The translations under genes were made by a program, and so were the position numbers. Positions 9,650 to 20,954 of a stretch of 64,000 nt of DNA are shown piece after piece. How positions within the stretch are numbered: the first letter of the stretch is position 1; the number at the start of each line of letters is the position of its first letter. The stretch is from Carpediemonas membranifera BICM (Eukaryota > Protista > Fornicata): positions 601,062 to 665,061 of the forward strand of contig JAHDYR010000064.1 in assembly GCA_019828565.1 (NCBI GenBank), read 5' to 3'. The notes beneath the pieces are model-generated. The model had not been told where the DNA came from. It made no database searches and was given only the letters and a program-made list of their open reading frames with translations.

Positions 9650-11890
9650 AACGTTATCAGTGCACGCCGTTCGAGTCTGCCTGGATCTTGGGGTTGGAGA
9701 ACAGCCGCTTGGCACCCAAATGCCTCAACACCTTCACGCTGACCTTGAGGGTCGCCCTGATCATGGCGACGACGTACTTGGCGGCCATGAGGACGGTCGT
9801 GTAGGTCTTGCAGACGGCGAACACCGTGTCACGAACAACGCCGTGAGGACGCCTGAGATGTTTAGGACGCGGGACTTGATCGTCAGGGCGACGGAAATGC
9901 TCGTGTCGAGGTCGGGGATGACCCGGATTCAGTGATGAGGTCCAGCGTCGTCCTCGAGTCGAACAACGGCTTTGGAGTTGTGGCGAAGTGCAGCTGAACC
10001 ACTGATGCTAGAATACAATACTTTACCCCATAAACTGCGCAGAGTCAGGTGAGGTCCCATGACAGGGTGAAGGCGAAGGACGACGTCACGCTCTCCTTGA
10101 ACAACATGCCGCTCAGGTCCTCGTGCTGGATGAGGCGGGCCCTCGGCGTGTTGCTTCACTCTCGGCTGGCGTCACCGGACACTACACTGCCATTGTAGAG
10201 GGACACCGAGCTATTCTTACTGAAGTGGATCGTACCCGTGGTGTTGACCTTGACGATGACGTTCGGGGTCGCCGCGTCTGTCGCGTCCATAGCCCCGTCG
10301 GTTACCGACTCCCAACCGAGTCGGTGGCCGTCAAAATATTCGCCGATGCAGTGGTAGTCGAGATCCTGGCATGGCACGTTGTTCGTGTGAAGCAGCCGGC
10401 CGAGGTGAGCGATTCGATGAACTGGCCGGAGCATGTCATGTCAGCGAAATACATGAGCTTCATTTATAAAGTAGACATCCGAGATCGGCGTCGTATTCGA
10501 GCAGCGTCGTTGTCGCGGGGTCCAGGAACTCGAGCTTCTGGAACTCAGACTCGACGACGGAGTTTCTCTCGCCGGTGGCGTCCGCCGTGTAAGCCCGGAA
10601 GAACACAGAAGCGTATCTGATCAGGTAGCCGATGACGAAGAAGGGCGTCATGAGGCTGCCGGTGAACGTGCCCCTCGAGGCCACGTAGTATCCGTCGCGG
10701 GACCTCGACGTCGCCGGATCCGCGTCGAAGGACACGAACTGCCCTTTGACCGGATCAACCTGCCGGGCGAAGGAGATGAAGGCCGAGTGGCCCGCCTCGA
10801 ACCAGCGCATGGGGTGCCACTTGGACTTGAAGCGGTCCTGGTCTTTGATGACGATGTGGATGTTGAGGACCGCGATGGACCCTGTCGCCATGCAGCACGA
10901 ACAGATGTACGCGCTGTACACGATAGCCGTCGTGATGACAGTGGCACAGTCAGCTCGGCGAAGTCGACGGCCTTGTCAATGACCCAGGAGCTGAAGTCGA
11001 CCGCGGTTTCACTGAGAATGCCGAGGCTGTGCGTCCTGGTCCCATTCACCAGCGAGGTGTACGTCAGCGGCACGTACGCCCCGGCCGGTCAGCACTGATC
11101 GTCCGTGCAGGCGTGGCAAGCGTCCTCTCAGAAGGGGCTGAAGGTGTGGGTCGCAGAAGACGCAGGCGCCGAAGTACTGCTCGCTACGGTGGGTCCCGGC
11201 GAAGCAGTCGTACTGCTTGAGTGAGTGAATGAGGAAGACGACCTCACTCAGCCTGAACGTGCTCGTATGGACCAGCAGAGACCCGTTGCTCCACATGATC
11301 GTGGGGTGCGCGGTGTACTCGTCCAGGATGCCGGGGTTCAGGAAGCGGTTGGGGTGGGCGTACGCGATGGTGCTAGCCGCGTCGACGTGGCATGTGGCGG
11401 GGGCCGGGGGGCAGTACACACTCGACGTCGGGGGCAGGGTGCGGCGATCTCCGCCTCCGTCTCCCAGAACTCGTCGATGACGTCGACCCGGTTCATGTTG
11501 GGGACACCCAGCCCAACGTGTGAGAGGCTGGTCTTCTCGTCGTATTCCACCCGCATCACAGGCATGCAGTGGCCGTATTGTCCGCGATGGGCTTGACGTA
11601 CCCGGCGCCGACGAAACCACCGGCCGAGTCGGTGGAGTTACGGGCGAAGAAGCACATCTCGGGGATGTTGTAGTCGCCATAGCAGCCGGTGAATGTCCCG
11701 CTCCGTCATGCTCCGACAAGCAAGCCAAGGCGTGACCTTGGCGCACTCGCGGAGCTAAAAGGTAATACGCTGCAATCATGGCTATGTAAACCCAGATTCG
11801 TCATCCTCGGCCTAGTTGTGCCGACAGCGCTTTGTCCCGCGCTGGGAGGCCTTGGGCATCACACATGTAGCAAATAAACCAGCAGTCATA
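9650..11890 (-). pseudogene. Multiply frameshifted coding-like region of unknown family (pseudogene or low-quality sequence)
   Basis: Successive minus-strand ORF pieces (11009-11779, 10648-11073, 10460-10921, 10156-10434) show coding-type codon bias but switch frame repeatedly. Boundaries approximate. Confidence 0.45.
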
Positions 11891-11965
11891 GAAGCACATA
11901 GCGGGGTGTGGGGCTCTGAATAGCGCTATGGCAGGGTTTTGGCGCGTGGTTCATGTTGGGTCATT

Positions 11966-12952
11966 ATGAAGGTCGTCGGAAAGGATGTGAGGATTGCCAC
12001 CATAACCCTCAATCCAGCACTGGACGAGATGCTAGAGATCCCTAACTTCCACGTGGGAGAAGTGAATCGCGTTGAGAAGCGCAGTTGCTTCGCGGCAGGG
12101 AAGGGCATCAATGTCGCCGCCTTCCTGAGACAGCTGAGCAGTTGCAGCGTTGATAGCAAAAACTACGATGTTTCAGTACTGGGATTTCTCGGCGATGCGA
12201 ATGATGGGCCATTCCGCGCCCTCTTTCATCGCCTGAACATCACCGACGCCATGACCCGAGTCTCTGGACCGACGAGGACAAATATCAAGATTATGGCTGC
12301 GGCAGGCACTACTGACATCAACGTACCAGGTGCCCCGGTCACGGCGGGGGACGTGGCCGGTCTCCTCGCCGCAGTGACCGCCGCCGCCCCAGGGCATGGA
12401 GTCTTCGTCCTGGCGGGCAGTCTCCCCAGTGGCGTGGATGCTGCGTTTCTTCAGTCGCTCGTTAGTCAACTCCGCGAGGCCGGTGTAGTCGTCGTCGACA
12501 CCAGTGGCCCCGCTCTCGCCGCCGCCGTCCGGGCTAGTCCGGACATCATCAAGCCCAACGAGGACGAGCTTGCTGAGCTGTGCCCCGAGCTTCCTGCTGC
12601 CCCAACCCTGGCAGACTACCGCGAGGCCTGCCGAGCTCTTGTGTCGCGCCACGGTGTAGGCCTGGTCGCCCTCACACTCGGCCAGAGAGGCTGCCTGCTC
12701 GTCACCGCAGACGAGTGCGTCCATGCGGCGCAGGACCCCACGGCACACGTGCCCGTCGTCAGCACCGTCGGGGCGGGGGACGCTTTCCTCGCCGGACTCG
12801 TCGGGTGCCTCATCTCGGGTGACAGCCTGGCCACAGCAGCTTGCACTGCCACCGAGGTTGCGATGCGGACGCTGGGCCAAGTTGGGCCATTCCTCTGTAC
12901 AGAGGTCGGCAAGGCCGTTGTCGTTCCCTGGGATGGGCCTGCATTCAAGTGA
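11966..12952 (+). CDS. PfkB-family carbohydrate kinase, 1-phosphofructokinase (FruK/LacC)-like
   Basis: TITLNPALD, AAGKGINVA, TRTNIK, LAGSLPSG, VDTSG, IKPNEDEL, STVGAGDAFLAG. Confidence 0.92.
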   Translation: MKVVGKDVRIATITLNPALDEMLEIPNFHVGEVNRVEKRSCFAAGKGINVAAFLRQLSSCSVDSKNYDVSVLGFLGDANDGPFRALFHRLNITDAMTRVSGPTRTNIKIMAAAGTTDINVPGAPVTAGDVAGLLAAVTAAAPGHGVFVLAGSLPSGVDAAFLQSLVSQLREAGVVVVDTSGPALAAAVRASPDIIKPNEDELAELCPELPAAPTLADYREACRALVSRHGVGLVALTLGQRGCLLVTADECVHAAQDPTAHVPVVSTVGAGDAFLAGLVGCLISGDSLATAACTATEVAMRTLGQVGPFLCTEVGKAVVVPWDGPAFK

Positions 12953-13084
12953 CGTAAAGGAATGCATGTTGACTCGGCCTGTCGTGCTTGGGCGAGATAT
13001 TAGACGGCCGTCGCAGTAGGCCAACTAGCAGCCTGATTTACGTGACACGTAATTCTTCTTGTCTTGCAGACCAACGAGAGCCAT

Positions 13085-16000
13085 ATGATCCTTCACGAAC
13101 AGATCATATCGGGTTTCGCCTTCATTCCAGCAGAACGTTCGTTCTTTAACCTCTTCCTTGGCTTCGTGAAAACGATGCGGCGCTACTCCATCGTCCCCCT
13201 TGTTACTTTCTTCATCCTACACGCTTATTTTATCATCCGGGCCACGTCCTTCATCGGAGACTTGCTCATATACCGCGAAACTGTCATCTCTGTGCTCAAC
13301 AAGCTGACGGGGTCGATCACGATCGCCGTGCCCGTGCTCTTCGCCATCCTCGGGGTCATCTCGCTCACCACAGTCACGCTGGGGATGATAGTAATGTCTG
13401 TGCGACGACAGATCAACGACGTGCACTTGCAGCGCCCCACGCCGCTGTCTTCCGTCCTCTTCGTCCTCGGCACGGTCCACGTGGACGTTTTGGCGCCCCT
13501 GTCGGCGTATTCCGCGGCTCATGTCGGCGCGGTGTTGATCAAGACCGGGAACCTTGCAGTCGTATCCATTACAGTAGTCGCCCTCGTCGTCATGCAGGCG
13601 ACGCAGGCGCTCTTCTGCGGCACGTTCACGCTCTTCATGCTCGACCCCATCCCGGGCAACCTCAGTCCCGTCAAGCCCGCTACCACAAGGCCCAGGGCAG
13701 CCCTTGCTGTCACTGAGTCCGTCGCAGTGCCGCTGTGCAGCCTGTGCGCCTCGTTCCCGGCCCTGCGGACCCCGGCCCTCGTCTTCCTCGCCGTGGCCCA
13801 CTGCGGGTTCGGGCTGTACACCACCGTGTACATCCCTATGGCCGCCATGATGTCCACCGTCGCCACCGTCGCCCACGTGACGGCCGGCGGCGTTGCCCTC
13901 CTCGCGCTGCTCGTCGAGCCGTGGTCGGGCCTCTTCTCCCTCGGGCTGTGCTGCATAGTCGCAGCCAACCTGCTCGCCGTCAACGCGGCGTCCTTCCTGA
14001 GCCGCTTCCGGTGCGCGTCCCGAGGCTACAACACGCTCATTCTCCCGCCCCTCGCCACGTCGTACGACGCAGAGATCGCAGTTCGATCCGCCCGTGACCC
14101 AACGTTCTTCACGTCGCACAGCTGCACGGCCGCGAACGCCGCGACGCTGCTGACTGCGCGTGCCCAGAAGAGCCGTTGGGCCGGGAGTCCGTTCTTCATC
14201 ATCACAACGATCCAGATGCTCCTGCTGGCCAGGCCGAGGGACACCGCCATCGCGACCCGCCTCATCGACAGCATGACGCGGGTGCCCGCCCTGGCAGACA
14301 CGCGGTATCAGCTGTACGCGCTGACGGAGCTTATCAAGTCCGGGGTTATGCAGGACTCCGCCAAGGCCGACGCCAGGGCCCGCCGCATGAGCATGCTGCG
14401 GTCCGCCACAGGCTGCATCGTTGAGCTCGTGGAGCTGCGGGTTGCGCTGCTGTCTGCGCTGCTGGCCAAGGACCCGGCAGTCGACGGCCTCCTTGCGACG
14501 TACATCGAGGCGTCCATCGACGCCCAGGCGACACTACACCGGGCGGATACGGCGCTGTTCCAGGACGTCACGTGGCTGGCGTTCGCGCTGTACTTCTACG
14601 TTGCCCTGTTGCCCCACTCGCGGCAGACCCAATCCGTCCTGACGGGGGTCGCGCCGAGCCATGGGTCCCACCCGGTCGACCAGATCCACAACTACCGCAC
14701 GGTCAAGCGGAACGAGAGCATCGTCGACCCCTCGGCGACGCTCTTCAGCAGGCCGGGCTCCCTTTTCACCCGGGTCGACCGGCCGTCCGCCCGACTCCTC
14801 CAGTCCCCGAACGCCAAGGCTGCCCGGCTCCGTCGCGCTACAAGGGTTCCGCCGACAGGCGACATGCCGTCTGTGAGGGATAGCCTGGCGCTGATGTACC
14901 CCCGCCGCCCTGACGGCCGGCTGCACGTCGCCGCATGGGTGGTGGACCCCTCGGCCGTACCCTACATCTTCGAGCGCGCCGCCGAGGAGAAGCCGATACA
15001 CCCCCCGCACTCCCGGAGCAGGCCGCCGGCCCAGCCCGACATGTCGAGAGACGACCAGCCCTCGCCGGACCCCCTGGCCGTCCGCACGAAGAGGCCGCGG
15101 CGGACGAGGGCGGAGGTCGAGAGCCAGCGCGCCCTGGACAACATCGCGCGCGCCCTTCTCACCGCCGTTGTTGGTGACCGCTTCCCCGAGGTGCGCCGCT
15201 TCGTCGAGAGGCAGAGGAATCGACTAAGACGACTCAGGCCGGGGCGGGTGGAGCTGTGTCGGCTGGGCGCGTACGCACTCTTCCTGCTGTCGGGCGCGGT
15301 GCTGCTCCTGTACTGCAGACACATGCCCGAGGCCGTCATGGCCGAGTCCAGGACCCGCCTGTCCGCCGTGGTGGCCCTCGAGGCGACCGTGTCGGCCCAA
15401 CAGGACGCCGTAACGGCCATGCTCTTCTCTGACATGGTTTACTCCCCCGAGCAGTGGGATGCAGTCGCGGGGCTGGCGGCCAAGAGCGGGGGCGCCGTGA
15501 CCGACATGCTCGCATGGTCCAAGGCCGTCCCGGCATTCCACGACCTCACAGTATCCCTTGAGTTCCCCAACGGGACGAGCCTGTTGGTCGTCGAGCGGGC
15601 GATCGAGCAGACACAGACGATGGTGGACGCCGGCATCGACAACGCCACGGCGCTGCTCTCGGTGCCGGGCCTGGCCTGCTTCTCGGACCATGTCCTCGGC
15701 GTGCTCCCCTTCGCCGTGCTGGACGCCGCCGGGCAGATCTGCAACGGTGTGGCTGTCAACTACGTCGTCGCCGAGATGCTGGCGGTTGGGCTGCTCTCCA
15801 TCGTACTGCTGACGTCGCTGGGCGCCCAGTGCTCATGTATGGGGGCCTTCGAGGCCGTCGACAAGCGCTTCGACCTGCTGCAGCTCGCCATCAAGAACCT
15901 CCCCAAGCCCATGGTCGAGAGCGCCCTGCTCGGCATGGATGCCCTCTCCTTTATCGGCCGGACCCTCCTCGACAACATGGCCCTCGAGAAGCCCGACGCC

Positions 16001-18598
16001 CGGCCGCCGGCCATTCTGCCACCTCCGCCCCAGTTCGCTGGGCTCGGGCTCGACCAGATCGAGCACGCCTCGAGCAAGAGCAACACTAGCACGCCCAGTG
16101 AGGTTACGCCTGTCGCCCCGGACGCGCTCATTGTCACGCCGAGGTTCGCCAGTGGGTTGGCCACGCACCAGACGAACGCTAGCTCGACGGAGACCCTCGC
16201 CGGGAGCCGGTCGGCCCTGGACCTGACGACGGGGGAGATGAAGTCGGACGCTGGCCGGAAGCTATTCGCCCGCCGAGCAGACGTGGTGCTGCGGCACCTG
16301 ACCCAGCATGGGCCCTGGGCGATGGACGCCTTCGAGCCGGCCATGCGCTTCCCCCACTTCGCCGCCCAGATGCTACTGCATCTCTTCATCGCGGTGTCTA
16401 CGCTGGTCGTCGTGTGGTTCTTTGTGACCATCCCTGATCGCAGCGTCCATGCGGCTGCCGTCCGGGACGTCGCCACCGACACTGCCCGGGCACAGCTGGG
16501 CGCCGTCCGTCTGTTCGAGTTCGCGGTGTCCGGCAACGCGTCCCTCGTCGCCGACATCCTCCGTGCCGACGGGGCCGCGACTCCCCCGGCCGGTCGGCTG
16601 GGGCCCTGCGACACGGATGTGCTGGCCGCCTACTACCGCGCCCGCACTCGGCACCGGGCCTTGCTGCGGGCGGGGCTGGCGGTGGCCGCGGATGTCGCCG
16701 GCCTGGCCCCCAGCCCGATTTCAACCGACACCTTCGCCGCGGCATCGGAGTCCCTGCACCACTTCGCCCGCAGCGGCCTGTACAGCACGGCGCTGCTCGT
16801 CGAGAGGCTCCAGCCGGGGGACACCGAGGGCCTTGCCGCGGTGCTGACACACCCAGCCGTCAGGGACGTCGTCAGCGACTATGGTGCGGCCACTGACGCG
16901 CTGCTGGCCGAGGTCCACGCTGCGGCGGATAGTGTGACGTGGGGCTACACCATCGTGGCGATGTTTGTGGCGCTCTTCGTGCTCCTGGGGCTGTTCCTGG
17001 TGACGCTAATGTACTACTTCCTCGGTACCGCCATTCCCCACGCCGACTGGGACTACCGACGCATACACATCGCCCTGCGCTACTGGGTGCTCGCCGTCCT
17101 GCTCGGATCATCCCTCTTCGCCTTCATCGCCGTCCACACCATCCTCGTCTTCCCCCGCTTGGCCGCTGCCGCGTACGTCGACCAGCAGGCCCTAGACGCC
17201 ATCCAGGTCGCCACAACGACCCTCAGAGCCACGGGACTCCAGGCCCTGGGCGCCATGACGTCCGCCGCGGGTGTCCTGGCGCCATCTGTCCCTGCGGTCG
17301 CCACGGTGGGCTTCGACTACATCATGGCCCGCGAGACACCATCCGGGCACATGGCGGGACTGCATGCCCGGGTGGTGGGGGCGCCGGCCGAACCCTACCA
17401 GGAGCTGCGCTTCCTCCTCAAGGACACCATGCTCACGGAGGTCGCCGAGCTGGGCTTCGGCGACCTCATCGCCACACTCGCTGAGGCTGTCGAATTCGTC
17501 GACGCCATGACGAATCGCGTGATGGCGCTGGTGTTGGATGACGAGGCCACCATCGGCTATGCACCCCTCAGGGCGAATTTCACTGCTGCCCGGGCAGCAG
17601 ACCTCGCCTGGGCCGACGTCCCGGCCCGCTTCTCGGGTCTGATCACGCCCTTCGTGTCGACCGCGACCGACCTCACCCTGCCAATCGAAGCGAGGCGCAC
17701 CCTCGCAGGAGCAGAGGTCGCGGAAGGCGCCCTCTCGGCCGCAGCGGTCACCGTCGAGGCATTCCTGGCGGATGTCTTCGAGGCACTGCCCGACCGGTCG
17801 TTCTCGTCGACACTCGTCGCCATGCTGCTCAGCACGGCTGCCATCTCGACAGTCACCGTCGTCCTCTCCCTTGCGGCCCGGTCGAACGCGGCGTACCAGC
17901 GCCAGCACCTGCTGATCGCGGTGCCCCCGCTACGGTCGGCGGGTCTCGTCGCCGCCTTCCTCGTGGTGACCGGGGCGAGCGTGATGGGCGTGCTGCTGGG
18001 CGTGTGGGGCGGGCATCTGCTGATGGTCCACACGACGCTGGACGCCATCCAGTCCATCCACAAGGCCGCAGACACCGTCGTCCTGATGTCGACAATCCGC
18101 ACCGTCGTCGCCGCCTGTGCCTCCGACAGCACCCAGTGCCCCAGGCTGCAGGGAGAGTACGCCGCGGCCGTCGCCCTGCTCGACGAGCTCCTGACCGAGT
18201 TCGTGGACGCGGGCGTGCCCTTCTTCCTCAGGCTCCGGGCGGCCTCGACGGACGATGTCATCGCGGTGCTGTTCGACTCGGATCCAGAGTCGTCGTTCAC
18301 CATCGACGCCAAGCTGCTGCTCCGACAGTGCGAGGAGGAGATCGCGACGACCAACAGCACCGCCGTCACGTCCATCTGGGCCGGAATCCGTGCCGACTTC
18401 CCGACTGTCGTTGAGGACTACGTGACCGCCTTCGAGAGCAGCATCGACCGCTACCTCTTCGTGTCCAACGCGACATTCGTGTGGGTGCGCTGGTTCGCGG
18501 TGCTTGTCATCAGCACGCATGTCGGCGTCTTTCTCTGCTACCACCGCTACCGCACGACTAGGATCCACCACGCCGACCGTGTGCTGGCGCCGTACTAG
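13085..18598 (+). CDS. Giant multi-pass membrane protein, divergent relative of the 547-6462 protein
   Basis: ~1840-aa ORF with the same layout (N-terminal TM block, helical region, TM-flanked domains). DLTLPIEARRTLAGAEV resembles DTALDPDLRQLLARTVL of the paralog. Confidence 0.7.
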   Translation: MILHEQIISGFAFIPAERSFFNLFLGFVKTMRRYSIVPLVTFFILHAYFIIRATSFIGDLLIYRETVISVLNKLTGSITIAVPVLFAILGVISLTTVTLGMIVMSVRRQINDVHLQRPTPLSSVLFVLGTVHVDVLAPLSAYSAAHVGAVLIKTGNLAVVSITVVALVVMQATQALFCGTFTLFMLDPIPGNLSPVKPATTRPRAALAVTESVAVPLCSLCASFPALRTPALVFLAVAHCGFGLYTTVYIPMAAMMSTVATVAHVTAGGVALLALLVEPWSGLFSLGLCCIVAANLLAVNAASFLSRFRCASRGYNTLILPPLATSYDAEIAVRSARDPTFFTSHSCTAANAATLLTARAQKSRWAGSPFFIITTIQMLLLARPRDTAIATRLIDSMTRVPALADTRYQLYALTELIKSGVMQDSAKADARARRMSMLRSATGCIVELVELRVALLSALLAKDPAVDGLLATYIEASIDAQATLHRADTALFQDVTWLAFALYFYVALLPHSRQTQSVLTGVAPSHGSHPVDQIHNYRTVKRNESIVDPSATLFSRPGSLFTRVDRPSARLLQSPNAKAARLRRATRVPPTGDMPSVRDSLALMYPRRPDGRLHVAAWVVDPSAVPYIFERAAEEKPIHPPHSRSRPPAQPDMSRDDQPSPDPLAVRTKRPRRTRAEVESQRALDNIARALLTAVVGDRFPEVRRFVERQRNRLRRLRPGRVELCRLGAYALFLLSGAVLLLYCRHMPEAVMAESRTRLSAVVALEATVSAQQDAVTAMLFSDMVYSPEQWDAVAGLAAKSGGAVTDMLAWSKAVPAFHDLTVSLEFPNGTSLLVVERAIEQTQTMVDAGIDNATALLSVPGLACFSDHVLGVLPFAVLDAAGQICNGVAVNYVVAEMLAVGLLSIVLLTSLGAQCSCMGAFEAVDKRFDLLQLAIKNLPKPMVESALLGMDALSFIGRTLLDNMALEKPDARPPAILPPPPQFAGLGLDQIEHASSKSNTSTPSEVTPVAPDALIVTPRFASGLATHQTNASSTETLAGSRSALDLTTGEMKSDAGRKLFARRADVVLRHLTQHGPWAMDAFEPAMRFPHFAAQMLLHLFIAVSTLVVVWFFVTIPDRSVHAAAVRDVATDTARAQLGAVRLFEFAVSGNASLVADILRADGAATPPAGRLGPCDTDVLAAYYRARTRHRALLRAGLAVAADVAGLAPSPISTDTFAAASESLHHFARSGLYSTALLVERLQPGDTEGLAAVLTHPAVRDVVSDYGAATDALLAEVHAAADSVTWGYTIVAMFVALFVLLGLFLVTLMYYFLGTAIPHADWDYRRIHIALRYWVLAVLLGSSLFAFIAVHTILVFPRLAAAAYVDQQALDAIQVATTTLRATGLQALGAMTSAAGVLAPSVPAVATVGFDYIMARETPSGHMAGLHARVVGAPAEPYQELRFLLKDTMLTEVAELGFGDLIATLAEAVEFVDAMTNRVMALVLDDEATIGYAPLRANFTAARAADLAWADVPARFSGLITPFVSTATDLTLPIEARRTLAGAEVAEGALSAAAVTVEAFLADVFEALPDRSFSSTLVAMLLSTAAISTVTVVLSLAARSNAAYQRQHLLIAVPPLRSAGLVAAFLVVTGASVMGVLLGVWGGHLLMVHTTLDAIQSIHKAADTVVLMSTIRTVVAACASDSTQCPRLQGEYAAAVALLDELLTEFVDAGVPFFLRLRAASTDDVIAVLFDSDPESSFTIDAKLLLRQCEEEIATTNSTAVTSIWAGIRADFPTVVEDYVTAFESSIDRYLFVSNATFVWVRWFAVLVISTHVGVFLCYHRYRTTRIHHADRVLAPY

Positions 18599-18626
18599 AC
18601 TAGCTAGGAGTAAATGCTCGCCATCT

Positions 18627-20252
18627 TTACCGCATCATGAACTTCTTTGACTTCATTTTGGTCTGCACGCGGGCGACGTTTGCGTACATGGCCTCGCTCT
18701 TCATTGCCGCGTTGCCCCGCTGCACCTGGTGCGACCATGCCGACCCCATCGCATACTGGTCCATCGCCGCTACGGAGACCAGCAACGACGCCAGCGCCTG
18801 ATCCAGGTCGCTGATGAAGCCGTCCTTGACGTAGACCGGGATCGTGGACGCCTTCACTCGCGTCAGCAGTCCCTCGAGCAGCTCGCGTGCCTTTTCCGGG
18901 CTTGAGCGGGCGACCTCCCGGGCTTGCTTCATGACGAGCACGACGTCACGCCGTATGATATTCTGCGCGAGAAGATCGGACTCCTCGCGGGTTGAAGTGC
19001 CGCCCCGCTCGATCTCCAGCGAAACCGGCGGGATGGTGGCCTCGGCCTTGGCCTTGATGTCGAAGTAGGAGACGGTCATCGTCATCGCAGTCCAGCGCTC
19101 GTCCGGCCCGAGCAGCGCTGGCACCTCTGCCGTGAAGGGGATGTCGCGCCGCTCGCCGAGGGAGATGTCAGTAGGCAGGGTGAACTCGATGACCCCGGGC
19201 CCCGCTGTGACCTGGCCGCCGGTAAAGACGGATTCGGCAGGCACTGTGACGCCGGGGGCGAGTGTCAGAGTGACCTTGGTGCGGTCCATGAAGGCGGAGA
19301 CGAGGCCGCCGAGGATCTCGCCGAACACGTCCGCGACCTGGGCGTTCGCTGTGATGGGGTAGTACATGCCCGCCGCCCCCTCGGCGATGGCCGACAGCAT
19401 CGCCTGGTCGTGGCTTGACCCGAGCCCGATGGTGGTGATGCTCATGGGCTGGCCCGGCCGGTCCATCATCTCCAGAAGCATGCGGGTGTCGACGTTGGCC
19501 ATGTCAACGCCGTCCGAGCCGCACACCAGCGGAGCTGATGGGAGCTGCATCTGCTGCTGCTGCTGCTGCTGCGGGGCCGGGTGGTGGTTCTTCTTCTTCT
19601 TCTTGCCGAGCAGCCCGCCGAAAAGTCCGCCTTTGGCGACCTTGCTGCCGGGCTGGACGTTGTTCCAGCTCGGTGCGGCAGCAATCCGGTCAATATGGGG
19701 CGCGGTGGCGTCGAACACGTGCTTGTCGCCAGAGAGCAGCTGTTTGACCCGGCCACAGATGACGCTCGCCTCGGAGTCACCCTCATTGGCAAACCCGTCT
19801 GTCAGGAGCACGAGCGAGCCGACCGGGTTGGCGTTCACACGGTGGCGTAGGGTCACGATACCCTGGTACAGGGCTGGGGCGAGGGCCGTGCAGGACGTGG
19901 CGTTGATGCGGTTGTCGATGAGGGCGTTGATGCGGGCCTTGTCCTGAACCGCGCTGAGCTCGAAGACCGTCTCCACGTGCGAGCAGAATGAGATGATTGC
20001 GATCCTATCTTGGGGCCTCATCTCGGAAACGAGGAACTTGAGACTGAGGCGCAATAAGTCGATCCTCTCTCCACCCATAGAGCCGCTGACATCCACGACC
20101 GTAACGATGTCGATTGGCGGCCTGTCATCTTCTTCGTCGTACATCTGCGACTCAGGAACGACGATTGAGCCAAGAACGTTGATCTGCATCTTGTCCTGGT
20201 AGTTGATCGCACTATAGTCCGCGATGAGGGACGTTGTGGGAGTAACTGACAT
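18627..20252 (-). CDS. von Willebrand factor type A domain protein
   Basis: MIDAS motif DVSGSM, LLTDG, TIGLGSSHD. Low-complexity K/Q insertion inside the domain. Likely start MSVTPT at 20252. Confidence 0.88.
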   Translation of the reverse strand: MSVTPTTSLIADYSAINYQDKMQINVLGSIVVPESQMYDEEDDRPPIDIVTVVDVSGSMGGERIDLLRLSLKFLVSEMRPQDRIAIISFCSHVETVFELSAVQDKARINALIDNRINATSCTALAPALYQGIVTLRHRVNANPVGSLVLLTDGFANEGDSEASVICGRVKQLLSGDKHVFDATAPHIDRIAAAPSWNNVQPGSKVAKGGLFGGLLGKKKKKNHHPAPQQQQQQQMQLPSAPLVCGSDGVDMANVDTRMLLEMMDRPGQPMSITTIGLGSSHDQAMLSAIAEGAAGMYYPITANAQVADVFGEILGGLVSAFMDRTKVTLTLAPGVTVPAESVFTGGQVTAGPGVIEFTLPTDISLGERRDIPFTAEVPALLGPDERWTAMTMTVSYFDIKAKAEATIPPVSLEIERGGTSTREESDLLAQNIIRRDVVLVMKQAREVARSSPEKARELLEGLLTRVKASTIPVYVKDGFISDLDQALASLLVSVAAMDQYAMGSAWSHQVQRGNAAMKSEAMYANVARVQTKMKSKKFMMR

Positions 20253-20320
20253 TTGCTGGCTGATTATGTTGTATCTTCTTGTGAGCGCCACGCAGGATAC
20301 GACAACGCCGCAAATAGCTG

Positions 20321-20339
20321 TGTTTATACTGCGCAACAC
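20321..20339 (+). repeat. 19-bp direct repeat, left copy (TGTTTATACTGCGCAACAC)
   Basis: Identical to 21020-21038; the pair brackets the Fanzor-like insert. Confidence 0.9.
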
Positions 20340-20340
20340 T

Positions 20341-20954
20341 GCCCTGTCTCCCTCCTACTCACGTCTTAAGTCGGTAGGGAGATCGTCTTCTCCAGGGCTT
20401 CCACAAAGCGTCTTCTTCGTGGACGTCAGTCCAGCTGCAAACATCACAATCGCTCACACGTCGTCTCATCGCCACCCCCATTCGCCTGAAAGTCTTCTAC
20501 GGGAGCTCGGGATTCACCAAGCCTGCTGGTATGTTCATTCCTTGCGCGCCATATCGAAAGTTCGCGAGAGAGATAGTACCCCTTCTCAAGAGGTATAACA
20601 TTGTCGTCGATCATAACATGGTTAACGAGGATCGCACCACCGTCGTCTGCCCTCACTGCCACGCCCCCTACAAGCGAGTTCGTCCGCGTGATGACCAGCA
20701 CGTTCACCCACATCGTGTGATGCTCTGCGAAAAAACCACAGTGCCGTGGTGCTCAGTGGCGCGCAACAGTTCCTGATGCTCTGAATGTTGAACATCGGGA
20801 CAAGAGTGCTGCAGAGAACATCCTGTGGCGTTCTCTTGCCACGGAAGATGAGCTCAGTGGCTCTCCGTTCAGTCGCACATCGATCCCACGCCTTCCAACA
20901 TCATTCCAGTATCATCAATTGGCTAACCGCCACCATTCGTCTGCTGACGGATGA
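20341..20954 (+). pseudogene. 5'-truncated Fanzor1/TnpB-like RuvC nuclease (RuvC-II, zinc finger, RuvC-III)
   Basis: Reads KVFYGSSGF..PCAPYRKF..VNEDRTTVVCPHC..HRVMLCEK, then, after one extra A in the run at 20730-20735, PQC..HRDKSAAENI..TGA (20952-20954). Matches the Fanzor1 pattern hhhG..P.P...E-x2-T[ST]-x2-C-x2-C...C-xn-C...RD-x-[NS]AA-x-NI. Confidence 0.8.

Noticed and set aside
19547-19604. (CAG)n and (AAG)n runs
   Set aside because: Ordinary polyQ/polyK coding microsatellites in the VWA gene.
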